Source: Deferribacterales bacterium (GTDB lineage: Bacteria; Chrysiogenota; Deferribacteres; Deferribacterales; Geovibrionaceae). Taken from it: a stretch of DNA of 12,232 bases. Position 1 is the first letter of the stretch. Each line of letters begins with the position of its first letter. A model generated the notes under the pieces. The model ran no database searches and had not been told where the DNA came from. It saw only the letters and a program-made list of their open reading frames with translations. Shown here in pieces: positions 1-6,352 of this stretch. Location: positions 1 to 12,232 of the forward strand of contig JBFWJG010000057.1 in assembly GCA_050253335.1 (NCBI GenBank), read 5' to 3'. Made by a program: the position numbers and the translations under genes.

Positions 1-99
1 CATACTTATGCTGAGGCCTGCTGTGAGAGGCTCGGTTCCTCCGCAAGCGATATACAGTATGTGGTCAACTATATCAAATCAAGCATGAAAGGAAACTAA
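1..99 (+). CDS. 3' end of an unidentified protein (partial, runs off the left edge)
   Basis: Frame +1 is open from base 1 (HTYAEACCERLGSSASDIQYVVNYIKSSMKGN) to TAA at 97-99. This stop overlaps the TAG (96-98, - strand) of the convergent MBL gene, a common tail-to-tail arrangement. Too short to assign a family. Confidence 0.5.
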   Translation, partial: HTYAEACCERLGSSASDIQYVVNYIKSSMKGN

Positions 100-920
100 A
101 CAAGACTGCTGAAGCCTGCTTTAGTCATCCGGACAGATTTGCCCAGTGAGCCTCTTATGGCGTAAAAAGCTTCAACACCCGTGCAGTGGCCGGTAAAAAT
201 CTTTTCAATCTCTTTTTCCTTCATGTAATCCGCCACCTGTGCGATTTGGCTTTCATCAGCCCTGAAAAGATGAAATCCGCCGATAAGAGAGCGTATTTTA
301 TAGTCAGGGAACAGCCTTTCCGTATGTTCTATTATATTCATTATGCCGCAGTGGGAGCAGCCTGTGACCACAACAAGCTTGCCGTCATCTTTTATGACAA
401 GGAAAAGTTCATCGTCAAAAGGATCTTTCACACTGCCCTCAGAAGTCTGGATATACAGATTTTCATCGGCTGAGAACTCCGTGTAGCGGGGAATGTCTCC
501 GCAAAGAAATATATTTTCAGCTATTTCCGCTGTGCCGCTTATTTTTGTGAGGGAGTAGAGGTCTTTCAGGGCGTTTTCATCTGTGTCCACGCCGATGAAG
601 CTGAAAGTGCCGTCAGGATTTTTCTTCATATGCCTGTTGAAGATGTTCTGATGGATATAAAGTCTGTCGGCAAGGGCAACACCTTTTTTGAGGGTTTCAG
701 TGAGTCCGCCTGTGTGGTCATAATGCCCGTGGGTTATAACTGCAATGTCAAATTTCTTTTTGAAGCCAAGAGCTTCCAGATTGTTTTTGAGTGCGATCCC
801 CTGTCCTGTGTCAAGCAGAATGCTGAGCTTATCTGTTTCGAGCACACAGGAAAATCCGTGTTCGGCGCACAGGTTCATTGAGTCTGTGTAGTTGTCTGTT
901 ATTACGGTAAATTTAATCAT
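96..920 (-). CDS. MBL-fold metallo-hydrolase, COG1237-like (often annotated as 7,8-dihydropterin-6-yl-methyl-4-(beta-D-ribofuranosyl)aminobenzene 5'-phosphate synthase-like); substrate unknown
   Basis: 274 aa. Motifs EHGFS, LLDTGQ, THGHYDHTGGL (HxHxDH), TGCSHCG, IGGFHL and TGHCTG are characteristic of this subfamily. Confidence 0.92.
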   Translation of the reverse strand: MIKFTVITDNYTDSMNLCAEHGFSCVLETDKLSILLDTGQGIALKNNLEALGFKKKFDIAVITHGHYDHTGGLTETLKKGVALADRLYIHQNIFNRHMKKNPDGTFSFIGVDTDENALKDLYSLTKISGTAEIAENIFLCGDIPRYTEFSADENLYIQTSEGSVKDPFDDELFLVIKDDGKLVVVTGCSHCGIMNIIEHTERLFPDYKIRSLIGGFHLFRADESQIAQVADYMKEKEIEKIFTGHCTGVEAFYAIRGSLGKSVRMTKAGFSSLV

Positions 921-925
921 ATTTA

Positions 926-931
926 ACTATA
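926..931 (-). promoter_or_regulatory. Candidate -10 element (TATAGT) for the MBL gene, possibly giving a leaderless transcript
   Basis: The - strand reads gagc-TATAGT-taaat-ATG. There is no convincing Shine-Dalgarno and no clear -35. Confidence 0.4.
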
Positions 932-960
932 GCTCATTTTTGAAGAAGATAGAAGAGAAA

Positions 961-991
961 GGGATTCTTTGGCTAAAGCCTCAGAATGACG
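961..991 (-). repeat. CGTC-tagged REP-like palindrome (single copy in this window)
   Basis: The - strand reads CGTC-ATTCT-GA-GGC-TTTA-GCC-AA-AGAAT-CCC: a CGTC tag followed by an interrupted stem-loop. It resembles the widespread GTCATTCTGAG...AAGAATC repeat class. Repetition elsewhere in the genome cannot be seen here. Confidence 0.6.
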
Positions 992-1012
992 CATAGCAGT
1001 GGCAGCAAGCTG

Positions 1013-1118
1013 ATGTAACCATTCCCAAGGATGGGAATGCGCCGTGCGAAGCGAAGGCGGGTTTATCCCGCCGCGAGCGTGTTTAAAAAATCCGACAGGA
1101 TGTACGGATTTTTAACAT
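1013..1118 (+). other. Three-hairpin structured element with two GGA-containing loops (candidate CsrA/RsmA-binding RNA or dispersed miniature repeat)
   Basis: CATTCCCA-AGGA-TGGGAATG (1020-1039); GCGAAGC (1046-1052); GGCGGG-TTTAT-CCCGCC (1056-1072); AAAAATCCG-ACA-GGA-TGT-A-CGGATTTTT (1086-1113), extended by TGTT/AACA. Confidence 0.55.
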
Positions 1119-1149
1119 AAAAAAAGAGCGCCCCGAAAACAGGGCGCCC
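1119..1149 (-). terminator. Rho-independent terminator of glnB-glnA
   Basis: The - strand reads GGGCGCCCTG-TTTT-CGGGGCGCTC-TTTTTTT: a 10-bp stem with two G-U pairs followed by U7, starting 28 nt after the glnA stop. Confidence 0.88.
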
Positions 1150-1177
1150 CGTGAAAAGTCTTGCGGAAGTTGACTTT

Positions 1178-2587
1178 TTACGCGTCGTAGTAAAGGAAGA
1201 ATTCGTGGGGGTGGGGTCTGCTGTTAACAGAGGTGATTTCTTCCCTTTTCCATTCGATCCATGAGGAGATAACGTCTTCAGTGAAAACATCTCCTTTAAG
1301 AAGGAATTCATGATCTTTTTCAAGTGCGTCAAGCGCTTCGCCGAGAGATGCGGGCATCTGGGGAATAGCTGAAAGCTCGATAGGATCAAGGTCATAAAGG
1401 TTTTTATCCATGGGCTCGCCCGGATCGATTTTGTTCTGTATGCCGTCCAGACCTGCAAGAAGCATTACTGTGAATGCGAGGTAGGGGTTGCATGTGGGGT
1501 CGGGGAAGCGTACTTCGATCCTTTTTGCTTTGGGAGAAGCGGAGTACATGGGTATTCTTATGGAAGCCGATCTGTTTCTTGAAGAGTAAGCAAGGCTTAC
1601 GGGAGCTTCAAATCCGGGAACAAGACGTTTGTAGGAGTTTGTTCCGGGGTTGGTGAAAGCAGCTATGGCTTTTGCGTGTTTAATGATACCGCCTATGTAG
1701 TACAGACCCATTTCGCTGAGGCCTGCGTAAGAATCGCCTGCGAAGAGGGGTTTGCCGTCTTTCCAGAGAGACTGGTGGCAGTGCATTCCTGAACCGTTGT
1801 CTCCGAAGAGGGGTTTGGGCATGAATGTAGCTGTTTTGCCGTACTGACGGGCAACATTTTTAACCACATATTTGTATTTCATAAGCATGTCAGCCATTTC
1901 AACCATAGGAGCGAACTTCATGTCGATTTCGCACTGGCCGCCTGTTGCAACTTCATGGTGGCTGTTTTCGATTGTGAGGCCGAGTTCTTCCATTTTAAGA
2001 ACCATTTCCGCCCTGAGGTTTGCCAGTGTGTCTGTGGGCTGGCAGGGGAAGTAGCCTTCTTTCGGTCTTACTTTGTAGCCGAGGTTGTTTCCTTCGTCTC
2101 TGCCGGAGTTCCAGTCGCCTTCGTCAGAATCGATGAAGTAGAAGCCTTCGTTCTTGCCGGACGAATACTGAATGTTATCGAAAACAAAAAACTCAGCTTC
2201 GGGCCCGAAGTATGAAGTATCGGCTATGCCTGTGCCTTTAAGATAGTTGATTGCCTTGATGGCTATGTTTCTGGGGTCTCTTGTGTAACGTTCCTTGCTG
2301 ATGGGATCAAAAACGTTGCAGGATACTACCATAGTGGGGATATCCATAAAGGGATCTATAAAAGCTGTAGAAGCATCGGGAAGCAGAATCATGTCACTGT
2401 TGTTGATGGCCTGCCATCCTCTGATACTGGAACCGTCAAATCCGAGACCTTCCTCAAAGAAGTCTTCCGTGAACTGATGGCTGGGGATAGTGGTGTGCTG
2501 CCACGTTCCGAGGAAATCGCAGAATCTGATGTCGATCAGTCTGATCTCCTGTTCTTTAATAACTTTAAGCAATTCCTTCGCTGTCAT
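1178..2587 (-). CDS. glnA: Type I glutamine synthetase (GSI-beta, adenylylatable)
   Basis: 469 aa. Motifs [76 protein letters not shown] and the adenylylation loop NLYDL. GGAGG RBS at 2592-2596. Confidence 0.98.
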   Translation of the reverse strand: MTAKELLKVIKEQEIRLIDIRFCDFLGTWQHTTIPSHQFTEDFFEEGLGFDGSSIRGWQAINNSDMILLPDASTAFIDPFMDIPTMVVSCNVFDPISKERYTRDPRNIAIKAINYLKGTGIADTSYFGPEAEFFVFDNIQYSSGKNEGFYFIDSDEGDWNSGRDEGNNLGYKVRPKEGYFPCQPTDTLANLRAEMVLKMEELGLTIENSHHEVATGGQCEIDMKFAPMVEMADMLMKYKYVVKNVARQYGKTATFMPKPLFGDNGSGMHCHQSLWKDGKPLFAGDSYAGLSEMGLYYIGGIIKHAKAIAAFTNPGTNSYKRLVPGFEAPVSLAYSSRNRSASIRIPMYSASPKAKRIEVRFPDPTCNPYLAFTVMLLAGLDGIQNKIDPGEPMDKNLYDLDPIELSAIPQMPASLGEALDALEKDHEFLLKGDVFTEDVISSWIEWKREEITSVNSRPHPHEFFLYYDA

Positions 2588-2624
2588 GTTGCCTCCTGAA
2601 ATTCTATGGAAGAAGCCGCTCTGA

Positions 2625-2981
<357 letters not shown>

Positions 2982-2989
2982 TTATTAAA

Positions 2990-3005
2990 GCAATTGCAGT
3001 GCCAA
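2990..3005 (-). promoter_or_regulatory. Sigma54 (RpoN) -24/-12 promoter of glnB-glnA
   Basis: The - strand reads TTGGCAC-TGCAA-TTGC, a match to TGGCAC-N5-TTGC with exact GG-N10-GC spacing, directly upstream of nitrogen-assimilation genes. Confidence 0.9.
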
Positions 3006-3088
3006 AAAATGCAGGCATCTGCGTTTATATCCTTTTTGTAAGGTTTCAGACAAAATGAGCCTTGCTGGTCTCGGCTTTGGGAAGGTGA

Positions 3089-3105
3089 AGGATTTTGAAA
3101 ATCCT
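3089..3105. promoter_or_regulatory. Perfect inverted repeat upstream of the sigma54 promoter (candidate enhancer/operator or RNA stem-loop)
   Basis: AGGATTTT-G-AAAATCCT, flanked by GTGA (3085-3088) and TCAC (3108-3111). It lies about 110-130 bp upstream of the predicted start site. Confidence 0.4.
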
Positions 3106-3180
3106 CCTCACTTACTCGTAAAAAAGCACTTTTGAGCTGTTGAACGGATTATAAGCGGTTAAAAACTGACCAAGGAGTGA

Positions 3181-3870
3181 TTAATTGTTAGTCAGTTTTG
3201 CGTCTATGAGCCGTTTTCTCTCAATGAGAGCGGAAGCATCCCTGCCGAGTTTTCCGTAAGCTTTAATCATGATGTCAAGATCTCTGGAAAGACCAAGCGT
3301 CCATCCGTATGTGCTGTCTATGACCCTTGCTTTTTCAGCGAGTTCATAGGCTTTTTCAGGCTCGGAATCTGTTATTTCAGAGGCTATGAGCCTGTAAAGC
3401 CTCACCGCGGAGTCACTTCGTGTGTCTTTATCCTCAGCATATGAGAGAAGAGGGGCATACCCGCCTGTTTCTCTGAATTCCGCAATGAGGGAGAAGGGTT
3501 CCTCAAGGCTGTCTGTTTCGGTTATGTTATCGCCTGAGAGAAACCGGGTGACGCTCTTTTCATCATCACAGCCGCCAAGCTCGGCATAGGCGGATGCCTT
3601 TGCCAGATCTTCGGAGTGCGCGTCATTTTCAGCCAGAACGTATTTTGTGATGTACATGCGTGAGATGTTGCAGACGGAGTCCATCCTCTGAAAAGCGTCA
3701 AGAGCTTTATAGAAGGTTATGTCCGCCACTTTCTGCTGGCCTTTATAATAATATGATGAATAATTTTTGTGCAGTGACGCCGCGTATATATATTCGGATG
3801 AGCTCTTCTGTTTTTGTCCGCACGCAGCAGCAGTGATGAGGAGGGCGGTCAGGATTGCAAGCTTTTTCAT
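3181..3870 (-). CDS. Uncharacterised lipoprotein, probably alpha-helical/TPR-like, last gene of the MCE operon
   Basis: 229 aa. Signal MKKLAILTALLITAAA-C17 with a lipobox-like end, and Ala/Leu/Tyr-patterned helical segments. ATGA overlap with the MCE gene at 3867-3870. Confidence 0.75.
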   Translation of the reverse strand: MKKLAILTALLITAAACGQKQKSSSEYIYAASLHKNYSSYYYKGQQKVADITFYKALDAFQRMDSVCNISRMYITKYVLAENDAHSEDLAKASAYAELGGCDDEKSVTRFLSGDNITETDSLEEPFSLIAEFRETGGYAPLLSYAEDKDTRSDSAVRLYRLIASEITDSEPEKAYELAEKARVIDSTYGWTLGLSRDLDIMIKAYGKLGRDASALIERKRLIDAKLTNN

Positions 3871-4850
3871 GGCAGTTTCACCTTTTCTCCGGTGACCACG
3901 GCTCCGTCATTAAAAGGCCACCTCTGTTCGAGGTTATACAGTATTCTGTCGGATGTTTTGAGTATGGAGTCCGCCTGACTCTTGATTTCCGTTATGTTAT
4001 CCGTGGCTTCTGCCACATCGCCTGAAATTTTGTTCGCGTTTTCTATGGTCGGCTGGGCGCTTTCCACAGCTTTCTGTATGGACTGAACGCCTTCCTTGAA
4101 CGCCTGAAGAGCGTTGTTGAGCTTGTCTATGGATTCATCAGTACGTTCAACCTTGGTGTTCACATTGCCGGCTATTTCATTAAGCTGATTCTGGAGAACC
4201 TCTATGCGGCCGACTATGCTCTGAACTTCGGTTTTGATGTAGTCACTGCGGACAAGATACCCGACAGAGCCTGTTTTATTATGCAGATCATCGCCCACAT
4301 CCGCCAGACCGCTGAAAAATCTGTCTATATTTTTGCTCTGGTCTTCTATTGTCTGGGTGATGTTTGCTACGTTGTTCACTATTTCCTTAACATCATCTAT
4401 CACGGGCTGCGCCTGTTCAATCAGAGCCGCAAGCCCGCCTTCCCGCGCGAGCTTGAAGGATGTCCCGTCTGTTATTTCCAGAGAGTCGAGGGAGCCTCCA
4501 GTAAAAACAATGAAGCTTGAGCCTATAATATTCTGTGAGGTAAGCTTCACCACGGAGTCCTGCTTGATCCATTTGGTGTACTGTTTGGGGATTTTGGTAT
4601 GGAGAACAACGTTTCCGTCATCCATCAGTTCCACTTCGTACACGCGGGATATGGTGAATCCTGCGTATTTCACGGGCATGCTTTTGGTTATGCCGTCGCC
4701 GGAATCGGTAAGGATGGAGACATTTATCTTAGGCATAAAGAGCTTTTTCTTGATAGCAAAAGTGACAATAATCGCCGCCATGAGAGCGACGGATATTATA
4801 ACAAAAAGCCCTACCTTGAGTTCGAGGTTCGCAAATTTATTTCCAGCCAT
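3867..4850 (-). CDS. MlaD/MCE-family protein with a single MCE domain and a long helical C-terminus
   Basis: 327 aa. N-terminal TM helix (VGLFVIISVALMAAIIVTFAI), MCE signature GITKSMPVKYAGFTISRVYEVEL...QNIIGSSFI, then heptad-rich helices including GSVGYLV. Confidence 0.9.
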   Translation of the reverse strand: MAGNKFANLELKVGLFVIISVALMAAIIVTFAIKKKLFMPKINVSILTDSGDGITKSMPVKYAGFTISRVYEVELMDDGNVVLHTKIPKQYTKWIKQDSVVKLTSQNIIGSSFIVFTGGSLDSLEITDGTSFKLAREGGLAALIEQAQPVIDDVKEIVNNVANITQTIEDQSKNIDRFFSGLADVGDDLHNKTGSVGYLVRSDYIKTEVQSIVGRIEVLQNQLNEIAGNVNTKVERTDESIDKLNNALQAFKEGVQSIQKAVESAQPTIENANKISGDVAEATDNITEIKSQADSILKTSDRILYNLEQRWPFNDGAVVTGEKVKLP

Positions 4851-5338
4851 AATTCAAAATCCAGCTCCGTGTAGTTTTCCAGGTCCTGAAACAGGTATCT
4901 GTGGTTTATATGATCGATAATAACCGAATTATCCCTTGTTTCACAACGCAAAAAATCTTTGAATTTCTCTTCATACTCCGCCGCGTACATTCTTCTGGGA
5001 CTGACTATGATAATCCATTTAGGCTGAAGATACGTAACCTGAAGGTATTTGACCAGCAGTCTTTCGTAATCAGTGAGAAAGTCCGGTCTGGTATCAATGA
5101 CATGGGGGATGCCCAGACGTTTGAGATCATTCTCGATCATCTTTCTCCCTTCTTTCAGGCTGAGGTTGAAGTGATAGCTTGCGGGGAGCATGATGTTCTC
5201 AAAAACTGAAAGATTGCCTATGACCGGCAGTCTGCTTGTGACCACGCCTATACGCTCTCTGTCTGTGAATTCCAGTATTCTGGAGAGCCATTCATCCTTC
5301 TGGGTTTCGCTGTTGTAGTATATAAATGTGCTTGTCAT
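4811..5338 (-). CDS. Degenerate, truncated MlaF-like ABC nucleotide-binding-domain homologue, probably catalytically inactive
   Basis: 175 aa, located between mlaE and the MCE gene. IGVVTSRLPVIGNLSVFENIMLP matches the Q-loop region. PDFLTDYERLLV...LQPKWIIIVSP aligns by eye to the signature and Walker B region, and VIIDH to the H-switch. There is no Walker A motif. Confidence 0.75.
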   Translation of the reverse strand: MTSTFIYYNSETQKDEWLSRILEFTDRERIGVVTSRLPVIGNLSVFENIMLPASYHFNLSLKEGRKMIENDLKRLGIPHVIDTRPDFLTDYERLLVKYLQVTYLQPKWIIIVSPRRMYAAEYEEKFKDFLRCETRDNSVIIDHINHRYLFQDLENYTELDFELWLEINLRTSNSR

Positions 5339-6123
5339 AGGTACATCCCCAGCATAACGGTGAATATCTGTATGAGTATGAAGGCGTAAAACAGTCTCAT
5401 CATTCCCCTGAGAAGGGCTATGGGTATTTCCGTTACCGCTTCCTTGGTTTCGAGGGCGGTGTAAATGGGTATGCTCATCAGCGCGAAGCCGAGAAAAAAT
5501 ACTTTTATAAGAAACGTTATGATGTCAAAAAGTTCCAGATTGTCGAATATGGTGGTCAGCATATAATCCAGAGACATATCCTGAAGAAAGCTGAGGATGA
5601 AGTAACCGCCCAGCAGGGAAACGCACACGAATATAGTGGACAGCGCCATCATGCATATAACCCCGGCGGCAATACGGGGCAGATAAAGATACTCAAAAGG
5701 GTCTATGGAAAGGGAGGAGAGGGTGTCTATCTCCCTGTTCATTTTCATAAGGGAGATCTCCGCGGTGACAGCGGTCGCGGAGCGCAGCGCAAGCAGGATA
5801 GATGTGACAAGGGGGGCTATCTGGTTGAATGAGATCACCACCATTATTCTCCCGAGCTGGTCTATGCCGCCGACAAGATCAGCCGCCTGCATCAGAGAAC
5901 CCACCATGCCGACGCCGATTATGAGCGAGATAATAATATAAACAGGGAGGATCTGAACCCCTGTGAAATATATTTGTCTGAAAAAGACAAGAGCTACTGC
6001 AGGGTTAAATAGCTTTAGCTTAAAAAAGGTCTTTAAAACCTTGTTTGAGAAAAGTGTAAATCCGTGAAAAAAAACGGCAAGATCAATAAAATTACGGCCT
6101 AATTTTCTGATATAATTTTCCAT
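5335..6123 (-). CDS. MlaE-family ABC transporter permease
   Basis: 262 aa, multi-TM. RQIYFTGVQILP, IAPLVTSILLALRSATAVTAEISLMKMNREIDTL and IDPFEYLYLPRI are typical MlaE motifs. Confidence 0.93.
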   Translation of the reverse strand: MENYIRKLGRNFIDLAVFFHGFTLFSNKVLKTFFKLKLFNPAVALVFFRQIYFTGVQILPVYIIISLIIGVGMVGSLMQAADLVGGIDQLGRIMVVISFNQIAPLVTSILLALRSATAVTAEISLMKMNREIDTLSSLSIDPFEYLYLPRIAAGVICMMALSTIFVCVSLLGGYFILSFLQDMSLDYMLTTIFDNLELFDIITFLIKVFFLGFALMSIPIYTALETKEAVTEIPIALLRGMMRLFYAFILIQIFTVMLGMYL

Positions 6124-6128
6124 ATAAA

Positions 6129-6156
6129 ATTATATTAAATCTGGTGCGAAAATCAA
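6129..6156 (-). promoter_or_regulatory. Candidate sigma70 promoter of the MCE operon, possibly leaderless
   Basis: The - strand reads TTGATT-16 nt-TATAAT-tttat-ATG, with no Shine-Dalgarno. Confidence 0.55.
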
Positions 6157-6233
6157 CCAATATCATTAAAATGTTTTAATTCACCATTAATTTTTTTTAT
6201 AAAAAACCAACCGGAAGCGTGATTATAAAACGG

Positions 6234-6262
6234 TTGACGCATTTTTGAATTATTGTTATAAA
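6234..6262 (+). promoter_or_regulatory. Candidate sigma70 promoter of the PFOR gene
   Basis: TTGACG (6234-6239), 17-nt spacer, TATAAA (6257-6262), with an extended -10 TG at 6254-6255. Confidence 0.6.
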
Positions 6263-6352
6263 CTTTAGAAGATTTAAATCAGGTCTATTATTCGGGTTCT
6301 ATATTCTGCAACCGTAAGGATCTTGTCAAATACTCAAAACCAAGGAGGAATA

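Noticed and set aside
1..99. Faint resemblance of H..A...LG..ASDI to the C-terminus of NAD(P)H-hydrate dehydratase
   Set aside because: Only 32 residues are visible and the spacing is imperfect, so no product was assigned.
961..1178. CRISPR array, tRNA or glutamine riboswitch interpretation of the hairpin cluster
   Set aside because: No direct repeats with spacers and no cloverleaf; the cluster lies downstream, not upstream, of glnA.
1063..1458. 131-aa - strand ORF overlapping the glnA 3' end
   Set aside because: It is an alternate frame of glnA that runs through the terminator, with no RBS or recognisable motifs.
3048..3138. GCTCA/GCAC half-sites as possible NtrC boxes
   Set aside because: Spacing and symmetry do not fit TGCAC-N7-GTGCA.
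6165..6206. AT-only palindromes (ATTAAAA-TG-TTTTAAT and T-run/A-run) in the divergent promoter region
   Set aside because: Expected by chance in very AT-rich DNA.
6323..6352. TTG-initiated N-terminal extension of PFOR in the ORF track
   Set aside because: It contains the AAGGAGG RBS of ATG 6353, where PFOR-like sequence begins.
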